The position numbers and the translations under genes were made by a program. DNA of 64,000 bases from Prorocentrum cordatum (Eukaryota), in assembly GCA_963575745.1 (NCBI GenBank), contig CAUYUJ010000181.1:496001-560000 (forward strand), in the 5' to 3' direction. The notes below the pieces were generated by a model that saw only the letters and a program-made list of their open reading frames with translations, made no database searches and was not told the DNA's origin. Shown here piece by piece: positions 29,201 to 42,718 of this stretch (within the stretch, counting starts at the first letter, position 1; every line of letters starts with the position of its first letter).

Positions 29201-31180
29201 GAAAGTCGATGAGCAGGTTATCGGTGGGGGTGAAAGCTAGGGCTGGTGAGGGGCCTGGTATCTCTTCAGCGCATTCCGCTTCGAAATCGACCCAAGTCGG
29301 AGGGTTTTCGTCGGCTGTCGGTTCGGCTGCCGTCGGGTCGGCAACGGCCGCGGATGGGCTCCCCCGTGTTGACCATGAGCTGAAGCATGGCTGCCGCGTC
29401 AGCAAGGATAGACTCTGGGGCGTGCGCCTCCTGTTGCTGTTCCTCGTCCGTGTCAGCGTCGTCGTCCGACACGCGGTCGTCGATTTGTGAAGCGTCGGTA
29501 AACTGCTCGGCTTCAGGGTCGGTGTCCAGCCCAATGGCTATGGTGGTCGGGACCCAGCGTGCGGGGTGAGGAAGTCGGTTTTGGGGGTACGGTCAGCGGC
29601 GTTGACGTAAACCGCGGCGGCGTGGCCGCCGCTGGGGGCGTTTACTTCGTTGCGCCAATGGAGCTTGCGTGCAGCCATGTCGCGCTGTCGACGGCGCCCC
29701 TGCCCCTTTTCGAGGGAACTGATGGGGTTGTCAAGAGGCGGGCCGAGCGTGGTCGCAAGGTTGGCTCAAAACGCTGGGTGGTCCGCGAGCGTCGTGGGTC
29801 GAATCCGGTTCACGCAGACGCGCGCCATGGCCCAAGTGTAGACCTTGGTTTGGCGATTCACTGGCGTCAACGCGCGCCTGTTGGCAATGCATGTGGGGAT
29901 CGGGAAAGAGAGAGAGAGAGAGAGCGGCAGAAGGAGGAAGGGAGAGAGGCAGAGAGGGGGAGAGAGCGAGAGAAAGAGAGCGAGAGGGAGGGATGTCGAG
30001 GGAGCGAGGGCGAGAGAGAGAGAGAGAGCGAGCAAGAAAGAGAGCGAGAGAGAGAGAGAGAGCGAGAGAAGGGAGGAAAAAAGCCAGAGAGATAGATAGT
30101 GATAGACAGATAGACATACACGATCACCCTTCGGGTGTTCAGGAGGTTGTGTGGGGGGGAGGGGGGGGAACCAACATCTGACTCAATCGATCTCACGATC
30201 GATCTCACTCAACGGGACACCACGGGACACCACGGGACACTTGTCGATCTCACTATCGATCTCACTCAACGGGACACCACGGGACACCGCGGGACACCTC
30301 TCGATCTCACGATCGGTCTCACTCAAGGGGACACCATAGGACACCACGGGACACCGCGGGACACCACGGGACACATCGGGACACCACATCGATCTCATTA
30401 TCGATGTCAGTATCGAGTCTCACTATCGAAACCACTCACCGGGACACCACGGGACACCACGGGACACCACGGGACACCTGTCGATCTCACTATCGATCTC
30501 AGAATCGATCTCACTTTTTGGGACACCACGGGACACCTCGGGGCACCACATCAATCTCAGTATCGATCTCACTATCGATCTCACTATCGATCGCAATCAA
30601 CGGGACACCACGGGACACCACGGGACACCACGGGACAGCTGTCGATCTCACTATCGATCTCACTATCGATCTTACTCAACGGGACACCACGGGACACCTC
30701 GGGGCACCACATCGATCTCAGTATCGATCTCAAAATCGATCTCAATATCGATCTCAGTCAACGGGACACTACGGGACACCACGGGACACCACGGGACACT
30801 GCGGGACACTGCGGGACACCGCGAGCCACCGCCGGACGGACGGACGGACGGGCGGGCGGGGGAGAATAATTTGCCTTGACTTCGCCCTAGCAACGGCGGA
30901 CACCACGGGACACCACGGGACACCGCGGGACACCGCGGGACACCACGGGACACCACGGGACACCACGGGACACCACGGGACACCGCGGGGCACCGCTAGG
31001 GCCACCGCCGGACGGACGGACGGACGGACGGACGGACGGACGGGGGAGCAGCACTTGTCTTGACTTCGCCCTAGCAGCGGCTGGCTCATTCCTCTCGCGC
31101 GCCCACGCAGCTTCGCCTCGCCCGCACGCACGACACGAACGACACGAAACGATTTCCTGGTTGGGGAGTCCGCCGCGCGG
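23600..31180. repeat. Composite satellite (12-bp GAGATCGATAGT-like and 10-bp CGGGACACCA-like units) arranged as two inverted arms
   Basis: Left side reads GGTGTCCCG/GAGATCGATAGT; right side reads CGGGACACC/ACTATCGATCTC. The orientation switches at about 26965. Confidence 0.8.
28110..29900 (-). other. Complex, coding-like but stop-interrupted insertion (probable transposon relic)
   Basis: Non-repetitive block inside the satellite, ending at a (GA)n tract. No domain recognised. Confidence 0.3.
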
Positions 31181-32042
31181 CGCCGGAGAAGCGCCCGCGC
31201 CGCAGTGCCGCACAACAGCACCTGCTGGCCTACGGAGCACAGGCCCGCCCTCCCGGGCCGCACGGGCGCCACGTGGAGGGCGACCAGCGGCAAGGGGAAC
31301 GCCGAAGAACGAGTCCGCGGGCAAGTGACCCACACACTGCACCCTGGATCTGAAGCCCCGGGGTACAGGACATTCCCCGCAGGTCTGAGAGACTCACGGA
31401 GCTCCGGGAGGCGCAGACCCACTGAGGCATCGGAGGGCCCAGCTGTGCCCAGAACAGGACAGGGTACCTGATCTGTCCGAGCCGGTTCCGATCTTACCGG
31501 TTGAGCACTCACTGAGGCGGGCTAGAGCCATTGTTGAGCGCCTGGGGCCCACGGACGGCGTCGGCACATCAGCAGTTGCCACGGAACCATTCACCCGGGG
31601 TGCCCGGGTGCTTCCTCCCATCCAATCGCCATCCTCATCCACCTCCTCCTTGTCGTCTTCACGTTGTCAAGAAGTCCCTCCTCGGGAGGAGGGTGACACA
31701 GACCCGACAGCAAGCAAAATGCGTCGAAATTCCCCTACATCAGGCCCACCCTCCCGTGACACAGCCATCAGCTAGGACCGAGCAGGAAGGACACATGATC
31801 AAAAAAGAGTGAGAGAGAGGCGGCAAGGTGAAACAGAAAGGTGAGAGAGGAATACGAGCAGCAGTGCCATCCTTGTTTAAAGGGAGGAGTACGAAGAGGA
31901 GGAAAGAGGAGGACGAGGAGGAAGACAAGGGAGGAGAGAAGAGAGGACACTTGCCAGCAAGGGAATGACGGAAAAGGCGGGAGGGAAGGAGGAGGACGGG
32001 GGGCATGAAAATGGTGGACGTTGGAGGAAGATCCAATCGATC

Positions 32043-32372
32043 CTGGTGCAAGGCCCTCGCCTCTGGCTTGTCGAAATTGCCGAAGTCCTGCTCCCGGATG
32101 TAGACGTCCTCTACCCAGTCGATGGCGTCTTTGCCGCCAAAGGACTGCGCGATGCCGAAGAGGGTCTCCATGGCCCGCACGTACGGCGAGGACACGAACT
32201 CGGCCGACCCATCGCCGATGATAGACTTCAACCTCCTGCCACACTCGAGCGCCTGCTCTCGGCCCTTGGCCGTCAGGTGGATGAGGTGGTCGGGCACGCT
32301 CTGGGTGATGCTGCGGTGGAGGTTACCCTCGGACTGGCCGTGCCGGATCAAGATGACCCGCTTGGGCCGCAT
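32043..32372 (-). CDS. Gene 2 first recognisable exon: histidine phosphatase (phosphoglycerate mutase-like, DET1-like broad-range acid phosphatase)
   Basis: RPKRVILIRHGQSEGN, VPDHLIHLTAKGREQA, SSPYVRAMET, IREQDFGNF. Donor CAG|GA. The frame stays open up to a possible TAG|G acceptor at 32450. Confidence 0.92.
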
Positions 32373-32949
32373 GGTCTGTTTTTGGAGGTACTTGCTGCCG
32401 GGAGAGACAGCATGCTCCTCGGAAGTCCCAACGCATCTGCCAGCTGGGCCCTACTCTCCTCCATCCTCCCCTCCCCCCTGTGCTGACGCTCCCTCCACCT
32501 CTCTCGCCTCCGTCTTCTCCCTCTCCTCTCTCTCGCCCTTCCTTCCGTTAACTCTCCTCGTTTTCCCCCGCTCTCGTCATCCGAACCCCCCAGTCTTCCC
32601 CCTCCTCCCTCCTCCCTTCTCCTCCCTCTGCTTGATCCTTCCCCGTTTCCTCTTTCCCCCGCTCTTCCCCGCCCTTCTGCTTCTGCTCCTCCTCCTCCGC
32701 AGCAGCAGGCTGACACGACAAGCGCTGGAAACGACGCCCCCCGCCCTGGCTCCTTGCCGCCGTCTCCGTCGCCCGCGTCCCTGCATTCGCGCGGGCAGTC
32801 TGCAACGTAAAGCTTCGACGACACAGAGAGTGAACATGGGGGAGAACGAGAGGCGCGGAGCGCTCGCGCCACACCTGACCTCCTACCCCTCTCGCCCATT
32901 CCTTTCCATGGCATTGATTATTTCCATGCGCGGACGCGTGCCATAGTGG

Positions 32950-33800
32950 GCCTGGAATTCCAGCAAGGACTCCCGCGCAGCGCGCCGAGCTCACGGCAGC
33001 GGTGCATGCCGTCAGCCTGCCTGGCAGGCGGGGCCGTCGAGATAGTGGCCGGCTCCCGCGTCGTCAGCAATGGCGTCGCTGCGATCAGGGCCGGGGCGAT
33101 CCCCCGAGGACCCCCCGAGGACTGGGCCCACGCGGACCTGTGGGAGTTGGTCGTCCCTCACTGCCGCAGCGGCGCGCTGGCCGCACGATGGACCAAGGGG
33201 CACCTCGACAACGCGGAGGCCCAGGAGCGCGGCGTGCCACCCGAGAACCGCTCCGGCGACGCAGCGGCCGACCTCCTCGCGGGGACGGCGGCCGAGGCTC
33301 GGCTGCCCCCGCCCGCGCCGCGGCAGGAGCGCGGACGGGCAGCTGGAGGCCCTCGTGGCCGTGCAGCGCGTGCTCGCCACGGCAGAGCTCGAGGCCCACG
33401 GGGCAGGCCACGGGCACGGCCCGGGAGGCCCGCGCGCGCGGCGGCGTCGGACGCAGGCAGGGCACCGCCGCCGCCGGCGGCCCCGCGGGCGGGGCAGGGG
33501 CCGGCGCGAGCCGCGCCAGGCCCAGGGGCGGCCGCCGCCTCGAGGGCCCTGCTCGCCGGCAGCGCGCGGCGGGGGCACGTCGCCTCCGCGAGGGCCCCGC
33601 CGGGGTGGCCTGCACGGCCTGCGGGCGCTTCGGCCCCGCGGGCGGGAGCGCCTCGCGTGCCGCCCCTGCAACGGCTGGGCGCCGCCCCCGCCCCCGCGGG
33701 CGGCCGGCCTGCTGCTCTTGGGCGCCCCGCGCGCCCGGGGGCGGCGAGGCGGCGTGGCGGGCGGCGGTGCGGCGGCGCCTGCGGGGGCGCCCGGGCGCGC
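32950..33800 (+). mobile_element. 3' fragment of a LINE: RNase H C-terminus and Cys motif
   Basis: WAHADLWELV..RWTKGHL..SGDAAADLLAGTAA, then (frameshifted) QLEALVAVQRVLA and CTACGR. Confidence 0.75.
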
Positions 33801-34135
33801 CCGACTTGGTAGTGTGAACTGGTCACGCGACGGCTGCCCTGGGCGGCCGCTGTCCCGCGCGCCAGCCGGGCGCGTGGTTTCGTCTTGCGTGGTCCTCCTC
33901 CTGCCTGGCCCCCTGCTCCTCTTCCAGGGGAGGGGCGGGAGGAGCAGGAGGACCAGGGGAAGGCGGAGGAGAAAAGAGGGGCGCGACAACGATGAGGAGG
34001 GACTCGGATATAGAAAAGGAGCCCGCGATGGGGCGAACGTGCCATCCTGAACGGCTGGAACAAAACGCCGATCCTATAATGAATTTCTATCTGCAGCGGC
34101 AACACCACTTCGAAGGACCGGAAACGACCGGATTG

Positions 34136-36935
34136 AATTATCCCGGCAAAGCAACCTAACAGCGATGTGTAGAAGCATATCTGAAAGCATTTCCCTTAAG
34201 ATTCAGATGAAAATCCAGTTGTAGAATTCTGCTGTTCTCGCAGTCGTAGTCGCATTCGCGATGACAGTCGCAGCGGCAACGGCAGTCGCAGTCACAGCCT
34301 CAGCCTCAGCCTGCCTCAGCCTCAGCCTCAGCCTGCCTCAGCCTCAGCCTGCCTCAGCCTCAGCCTCAGCCTGCTTCAGCCTCAGCCTCAGTCTGCCTTC
34401 AGCCTCGGCCTCAGCCTCAGCCTGCCTCAGCCTCAGCCTGCATCAGCCTCAGCCTCAGCCTCAGCCTGCCTCAGCATCAGCCTGCCTCAGCCTCAGCCTC
34501 AGCCTGCCTCAGCCTCAGCCTCAGTCTGCTTCAGCCTCAGCCTCAGTCTGCCTTCAGCCTCGGCCTCAGCCTCAGCCTGCCTCAGCCTCAGCCTGCCTCG
34601 GCCGCAGCATCAGCCTGCCTCAGCATTCAAAATGTGGCCCAGGAATGGAGTTCTGGGAACTAGAAGAACACGAAGTGGCCTACAGTTGGCTCCGGGCATT
34701 CAAAATCATGCCCAGGAATGGAGTTCTGGGAACTTGAAGAGCACGAAGTGGCCTACAGTTGGCTCCGGGCATCCAAAATGTGGCCCGGGAATGGAGTTCT
34801 GGGAAATCGAAGAGCACGAAGTGGCCTACAGTTGGCTCCGGGCATCCAAAATGTGGCCCGGGAATGGAGTTCTGGGAAGTCGAAGAGCACGAAGTGGCCT
34901 ACAGTTGGCTCCGGGCATCCAAAATGTGGCCCGGGAATGGAGTTCTGGGAGCACCAAGAGCGATTTTGCGAGGATGTCCAAAGCGATTTCGGCTTCGGCG
35001 GCAGCCTTCCGGGTCCCGCCCAGACCCCCCTGAGGAGTCATGATGCTCTCTTTTGAGACCAGTAGAAACCTATCAGCAAGAGCTGTTAGGTAATTATCCC
35101 GGCAAAGCAACCTAACAGCGATGTGTAGAAGCATATCTGAAAGCATTCCCCTTAAGATTCAGATGAAAATCCAGTTGTAGAATTCTGCTGTTCTCGCAGT
35201 CGTAGTCGCATTCGCGATGACAGTCGCAGCGGCAACGGCAGTCGCAGTCACAGCCTCAGCCTCAGCCTGCCTCAGCCTCAGCCTCAGCCTGCCTCAGCCT
35301 CAGCCTGCCTCAGCCTCAGCCTCAGCCTGCTTCAGCCTCAGCCTCAGTCTGCCTTCAGCCTCGGCCTCAGCCTCAGCCTGCCTCAGCCTCAGCCTGCATC
35401 AGCCTCAGCCTCAGCCTCAGCCTGCCTCAGCATCAGCCTGCCTCAGCCTCAGCCTCAGCCTGCCTCAGCCTCAGCCTCAGTCTGCTTCAGCCTCAGCCTC
35501 AGTCTGCCTTCAGCCTCGGCCTCAGCCTCAGCCTGCCTCAGCCTCAGCCTGCCTCGGCCGCAGCATCAGCCTGCCTCAGCATTCAAAATGTGGCCCAGGA
35601 ATGGAGTGGAGTTCTGGGAACTAGAAGAACACGAAATGGCCTACAGTTGGCTCCGGGCATTCAAAATCATGCCCAGGAATGGAGTTCTGGGAACTTGAAG
35701 AGCACGAAGTGGCCTACAGTTGGCTCCGGGCATCCAAAATGTGGCCCGGGAATGGAGTTCTGGGAAGTCGAAGAGCACGAAGTGGCCTACAGTTGGCTCC
35801 GGGCATCCAAAATGTGGCCCGGGAATGGAGTTCTGGGAGCACCAAGAGCGATTTTGCGAGGATGTCCCAAGCGATTTCGGCTTCGGCGGCACCGCCCCGG
35901 GTCCCGCCCCCTCCCCCCTGTGGAGTCATCTGCTGCTCTCTTTTGAGACCAGTAGAAACCTATCAGCAAGAGCTGTTAGGTAATTATCCCGGCAAAGCAA
36001 CCTAACAGCGATGTGTAGAAGCATATCTGAAAGCATTCCCCTTAAGATTCAGATGAAAATCCAGTTGTAGAATTCTGCTGTTCTCGCAGTCGTAGTCGCA
36101 TTCGCGATGACAGTCGCAGCGGCAACGGCAGTCGCAGTCACAGCCTCAGCCTCAGCCTGCCTCAGCCTCAGCCTCAGCCTCAGCCTCAGCCTGCCTCAGC
36201 CTCAGCCTCAGCCTGCTTCAGCCTCAGCCTCAGTCTGCCTTCAGCCTCGGCCTCAGCCTCAGCCTGCCTCAGCCTCAGCCTGCATCAGCCTCAGCCTCAG
36301 CCTCAGCCTGCCTCAGCATCAGCCTGCTTCAGCCTCAGCCTCAGCCTGCCTCAGCCTCAGCCTCAGTCTGCTTCAGCCTCAGCCTCAGTCTGCCTTCAGC
36401 CTCGGCCTCAGCCTCAGCCTGCCTCAGCCTCAGCCTGCCTCGGCCGCAGCATCAGCCTGCCTCAGCATTCAAAATGTGGCCCAGGAATGGAATTCTGGGA
36501 ACTAAAAGAACACGAAGTGGCCTACAGTTGGCTCCGGGCATCCAAAATGTGGCCGGGAATGGAGTTCTGGGAACTCGAAGAGCACGAAGTGGCCTACAGT
36601 TGGCTCCGGGCATCCAAAATGTGGCCCGGGAATGGAGTTCTGGGAAATCGAAGAGCACGAAGTGGCCTACAGTTGGCTCCGGGCATCCAAAATGTGGCCC
36701 GGGAATGGAGTTCTGGGAAGTCGAAGAGCACGAAGTGGCCTACAGTTGGCTCCGGGCATCCGAAATGTACGCCGGGGATGGAGTTCTAGCAGCGCCAAAA
36801 GCGATTTTGCGAGGATGTCCCAAGCGATTTGGGCTTCGGCGGCAGCCGTTCTGGGTCCCGCCCCGACCCCCCTGTGGAGTCATCTGCTGCTCTCTTTTGA
36901 AACCACTAGAAACCTATCAGCAAGAGCTGTTAGGT
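34136..36935. repeat. Three tandem copies of a 0.9-0.95-kb unit containing (CCTCAG)n and 73-bp sub-repeats
   Basis: AATTATCCCGGCAAAGCAACC recurs at 34136, 35092 and 35982. The 73-bp period is seen at 34788/34861. Confidence 0.95.
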
Positions 36936-39900
36936 AAAAAGCATGCGACAAAAATGATGAAATGGAGGGGTAGAAAGCGGGGACAATGACCAAGATTGAA
37001 CGCGGAAACATCGTGCCGATCTTGGTCACCGTCGATCTTGGTCAGCGTCAGTTCGTGGCCCATCCCCGCGAATGGGCGACTGCCGACATGGACCATGACC
37101 AAGATCGGCATCAACAACATCCCGCGACATCTTGGTCATGGTCCCCGAGTTTCTTCCCTCGATGAAACCTGGTGTAAAAAATACGCGGAGGGGGGCGGGG
37201 GGCTACTCCCTGGTCAGGGGGAGCGAGGAGAGCCGTCTGATTGTCGCATTCCACCAGCCCTTCAGGGCGTAAGTGGCTTCGAGCGTTTATCTTTTGAAAC
37301 AATTTTCTTTCGCATGAGAGTTCGTCGAAAACCATGACCACAAATATAAATGTGTGCAACAATTACTCGGGTGGGGGGCAGTTCATCGTCGAAAGGGGGG
37401 TATCGCTCGACACGTGGTTGAACGACATGATCATAATCCCACCAGCCCTTTAGGGCGTGAGTGGTTTAAAGCGTTTCCTCTTCCAATTCCCCTTCTTGCC
37501 CTTCGAGGAAGGGCTTATCACTGTTTCCTATTAATAAACACCCCCCCTAGGCGACCGGCGGCCAACCAAGACCAATGAAGACACGACCCCACCATCCCTG
37601 TCAAAAAAATCGAAATCCACGTTGAAGCAAAATCTTGGGTCATGACCGGGAGGCGCGAGCATTCAGCATTGTTTTTTGACAGGGACGGCGGGGGTGCCAC
37701 CATATTCACTGTTGCGCGCAGGGCCAGCATCCCTGTCAGCTAAACGACAATCCAACATGCACTTCGAGGCGCAAAATGTGGATCATACGCGGGCGCCCCG
37801 CGTAAATTGTGCATTGGTTTTTGACTGGGACGGCGGAGGTGCTGGCATATGGCCTGCTGTGTGCAGGCGCACCAGACACTATGATGGCCAACCCCCCCGC
37901 GATTGCGCACTGGTTTTCGACAAGAGCGGTGGGGGCCGACACGTTTCCCGATGTGTAGTGCCGCGTGCGCAGGCGCACCTGGCACACTCTGCGCGAACCC
38001 CGAACGTGGCGCAGATGACGCGGCTGGAGCATGCGGCACACATGGAGCACATTGACCACGTGGCGCATCTGGAGCACCAGGTGTGCCTGGCACGATTGGG
38101 CCGAAGGAGTGCGTGGCGCACCTGGCGCGCGTGGCGCGCCTGGAACGCGTGGCGCACCTCGCCCCAGCGTGGCGCACTTGGGGTCTGTTTTGGTTCCCAG
38201 TAGCTGTCCATTCAAAAACGACCGCTGAACATGCTGCGGCTCGGGTGCCACTCATGTGTTGGAGAGGCAGGTGGGAGTGAGCGAGACGGCTTGCGGGCGG
38301 GGAGGGTGTCCTGACTCTTCCCCCTACCCCCCCTGGACCTGCAGGGAAGAGGGGGGGCGAGGTGTCAGAGGGTGGTTTGGGGCTCAAGATGGCTCCAAGA
38401 ATGCTTCGAGGAACCCAGTATCACCCTCAAGATGACCCAAGGTAGTGCAAGGTCGCCAAAAGTGGCGTCCAACATGAGACCCCAAGACGAGTCCACGACG
38501 GGTACACGTGGGCCGGGGGCCTCCCCAGGAAATTCCCAAGCCAAGCAATCACTCTAACAGTTAAAAACAATCGATGGTGTTAGCCCTCTCCACCTTTCGC
38601 TTCCGATGGGTTCCCAAAGCCTCGATATGGCTCCAAGGGCCCAAGAGGGCTCCAATATGGGCTCAGGACGGCCCCAAGACGCCGAGAGGCGACTCTGAGA
38701 GTTCCAGAGAGGGGACCGCAGGACCCTCCTCATTGATCGATATTTTCTAAAATGTTCCCAAGAAGGCCTCCACGGCCCCCATGAGGACCCCAAGAAGGCC
38801 CCGAAGAGGCCCCCGGGACCGCCATGGGACACTCAAGACCCCCCAAGGGGCCTCCAAGCGGCCTCCGGCCCTTTTGCTTGCAATCCTTCTCCTCCTCCTC
38901 TTCCCCCCCTCCTCCTCCTCCTCCTCCTCCTCCTCCTCCTCCTCCTCCTCTTCCTGCTCCTCCTCCTCCTCCTCCTCCTCCTCCTCCTCCTCCTCCACCT
39001 CCTCCTCCTCCTCCTCCTCCTCCTCCTCTCTCCTCCTCCTCCTCCTCCTCCTCCTCCTCCTCCGCATCCTTCTCCTCCTCCTTCGCGCTCCTCCCTCCTC
39101 CAGTCTCCTCTTGGGGCACGACGGCCCCCCAAGCCCTTTATTCCACTGCATGCTCGTCCACATCCCTGACCAGGGCAAATTCTGGGCATCGTTTTTGGAT
39201 AAGCTGGCGGGTTTACTTTTTGTTCGCGAGCGCGCAGGGGTGCCAGGCGCCGTCAGGGAATTGCAAACTAGCAGTGGCCTAAGTTACCCACTAGGCGCGC
39301 AGGAGCGAACTACGCTGCGACTCAGAAGCGCGGGGGACCCAGAACAGCTCCAGGTCAACGTGCAACGCCAATATGGTGAAGAGCCAGATGACGTCGAACT
39401 CGAAGACCACCAGGCTGGTGGGTTTACGTGAAGCGTTTATAATAAGTATGGAGGAGGAAAAAGTAGAACGTACGCACCGTTCGCTTCCGATTGCGCTCGC
39501 TGCTAGTCGCGCCGTCCCTTTGGGCGTAGGTGGTTTACGGAGTTCCCTCCTCGAACCCCTCGTATTTCCTTTCGGGGAGGGAGGCCCCTGGGTCTGCAGG
39601 CGGGGGGCTCGACCAGCCAGGGCGTCAAACACATCACAGGATGGCTCCTAGAGGGACCGAGAACGTACAACGTGGCATCCAAAGTTGATCTAGATTTCCC
39701 ACTACATGGTTCGAGATGGCATCGAACATGCATCCAAGAGGCCCTGCGGCCCCGCCCTCCAAGACGGCTGCGTGCAAGTGCCACGGGCCGCCCACTCAAT
39801 CACATCCCATACACCGAATGTTCAGCATCATCGCCTTTTCGCTTCCGATGAGCTCCTGCGGCCTCAGGATGGCTTCAAGATTGGCCAAGAGAGCCGCGGG

Positions 39901-40287
39901 AGGGACCCAGGAAGGCTCCAGGGAGGTCCCAAGAACGCCCGAGAGCGCCCCACGAGATCACCCAGAGATGATTTTTCCTGGCAAAGGAGGGGCAGGGCCA
40001 ATCAGCGCTGCCCCCTTCACTCAAAGTCAGAGTGGTTGAGCAGCAGTTGGTGTTGATAGATTTAGGCATGTCGGGAGCATGATTTGGAGGCCTTTGGGCC
40101 AATATGGGTGCAATGCTGCTTCGTATAGCTTACCAGACATTGTGCAATGTAGCACAAGATGGCTCAAGGTGTCCTTCAACATGCCTCCAAGAGACCACAG
40201 GACTATCACAAGACGCCACCAAGATGCCACGGAGCGTCACAACGAGACCCCCGAAAGGCAAAACCCATCCCCAAACAGAAGGCTTTC

Positions 40288-40766
40288 AGTGTGTGTGTGT
40301 GTGTGTGTGCGTGCGTGCGTGTGTGTGTGTATGTGTGTGTATGTGTGTGTGCGTGTGCGTGTGTGTGTGTGTGTTGGTGTGTGTGTGTGCGTGTGTGTGT
40401 GTTGTGTGTTGTGTGTGTGTTGTGTGTGTTGTGTGTGTTGTGTGTTGTGTGTGTGCGTGTGTGTTGTGTGTGTGTTGTGTGTGTTGTGTGTGTTGTGTGT
40501 GTGTTGTGTGTGTGTGTTGTGTGTGTGTTGTGTGTGTGTTGTGTGTGTTGTGTATGTTGTGTGTGTTGTGTGTGTTGTGTGTGTTGTGTGTGTTGTGTGT
40601 GTTGTGTGTGTTGTGTGTTGTGTGTGTGTTGTGTGTGTTGTGTGTGTGTGGTGTGTTGTGTGTGGTGTGTTGTGTGTTGTGTGTTGTGTGTTGTGTGTGT
40701 GTGTTGTGTGTGTGTGTTGTGTGTGTGTGTTGTGTTGTGTGTTGTGTGTGTGTGTGTGTTGTGTGT

Positions 40767-40797
<31 letters not shown>

Positions 40798-41220
40798 GTG
40801 TGTGTGGTGTGTGGTGTGTGGTGTGTGTGTGTGTGTGTGTGTGTGGTGTGGGGTGTGGTGTGTGGTGTGTGGTGTGTGGTGTGTGGTGTGTGTGTGGTGG
40901 GGTGTGTGGGGTGTGTGGTGTGTGTGGTGTGTGGTGTGTGTGGTGTGTGTGTGGTGTGTGTGGTGTGTGTGTGTGTGTGTGTGTGTGGGGTGTGTGGGGT
41001 GTGTGGGGTGTGTGGGTGTGTGGGGTGTGTGGGGTGTGTGGGGTGTGTGGTGTGTGTGTGGTGTGTGGGTGTGTGTGTGTGTGGGGTGTGTGGGATGTGT
41101 GGTGTGTGTGGTGTGTGTGTGTGTGTGGTGTGTGTGTGTGTGCGTGCGGGTGTGTGTGCGGGTGGGTGGGTGGGTGGGTGGGTGGGTGAGTGGGTGGGTG
41201 GGTGGGTGGGGGGGGGGAAG
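40288..41220. repeat. (GT)-based microsatellite with a gradient in unit sequence
   Basis: Directly visible. Confidence 0.95.
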
Positions 41221-41908
41221 GGTAGGTGGGGGGGTTCTTGAATTTTAGGTTCATATGGGTCACTGATGCTTCACCATGACCCCAAGATCACCCAAGAGGG
41301 CTCCGATAGAGGCCCAGAAGGGTCGCAGCGCGGCCCCAAGAGCGCCCCAAGAGGGCTCCAAAAGGCGATAATTCAGGCTCTGACGGGGGAAGGCTAATCT
41401 AATCAATCGATCGAGGCCCTCGAAGACTGCCCTGAGAGGGCCTTCAGGGAACTCACCTGCCTGCTCGACTCGATGCTCCTACACTTCCCTGAAAAGGGCA
41501 ACTTGCTTGGCAATCGCTTGTGGAAATCAAGAAAGCCTTTGCTCGCCTGGCCATCGTTTCTGAATGGGCTTGCGTGAATACGCGAAGCATCGAGGACTCT
41601 GACGTGTTCGAATTCGCTCCACCTGAAGCAGACACGGCTCCGAAGGGCAAGGACTTCACAACGACTAGACAGCAGCCAAAAGGTGGTCACCCGACCCCAC
41701 GGCCACCCGGAAGAACGTGCGCGAACGACGCACGCCCGAGCCTACGCTGGAAGCCCCCCTCCCGACCTGCCAGAGGCTGCGGCAAGGGGTGGGTCCGGCC
41801 ACGGGCCGCTCACCGCACGCGCCCCGGCGGCGGGCCCGCGAGCGAAGGCGCGGGACTGCCGCCCCCTTGCGCCTCGGCCACCCCTGCTGCAGCCTCCAGA
41901 CCTGGCCA

Positions 41909-42028
41909 TCGCTCGGACGTCCATCTCCTAGTGCTTGTGTCGGTTCCGTGCGCGGTTGCTCCGCCACATGATCCAGGATGCTCCCTCGCTGCTCCTCGCC
42001 GACGGAAAAAATGCACACGTCCGAGCGA
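41909..42028. mobile_element. MITE family F (12-bp perfect TIR TCGCTCGGACGT)
   Basis: Flanks GGCCA/CGCCA. Homologous to 58885-59001. Confidence 0.8.
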
Positions 42029-42718
42029 CGCCAAGAGACCGACGCCGGAGGCACAAAGAGGCGGCGCGGACAGAACAAGTGCCGGAGGTCCGCGCGCGGA
42101 CCGTCGGTGGGCCCCCTCCCGGGCGCGCGGGGCGCGCCGGGTCTGGCGCCGAACCGAGGAGATCCGCGCGGAGCTCCGAGAGAGTCTCGGCCGATGCCGT
42201 CGGGGGTGCTTCGATCGGGGAGCAGCAACAACTACACCAGTGACCCGCCGCCGCGGGCAACCCGTCGCAGCGCGCCACTGCTGAGGGAGGCCCCCTATGC
42301 GACTGGGAAGGAGCACCAGGGAATCCCGACGAGGCGAGGAGGCTCAGGCAGCACGCTGGCGGGCCCCCGGCGGCCGTGCGCCACTGATGCGCGGATCGGG
42401 GCGGGATGGAGACAGCCGCAGCTCCAAATTGGTCCCCGAAGGCCTCCCCCGGGACCCAGAGGCACCAGCTCTCCGCGCTGCGTCCAGCAGCTGCGACGAG
42501 GGGGGGCCTCCGAGGACCGCCGACCGTTGTCTCAACCTCGCCGTCCTCTGATTGTCGACGCCGTGCCACGGACCCTGGAATCCGACGTCGCGACGACACG
42601 TGCAGCATCGCGAAAAATCGCGCAGCCCGAGCACCAGACTCCACCCGCCTGCATCCTTCTCCGAGCCGGATCGATCTGTGATGGCCCTGGGTTCCGAAAC
42701 GAAGCAAAATCGCTAGTT

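Noticed and set aside
34630..36790. 73-bp repeats as a CRISPR array
   Set aside because: The units are contiguous with no unique spacers, there are no cas genes, and the context is eukaryotic.
40079..41263. Cys/Val- or His/Thr-rich ORFs resembling metal-binding proteins
   Set aside because: They are translations of the GT microsatellite. The repeat is also not the TTTAGGG telomere unit.
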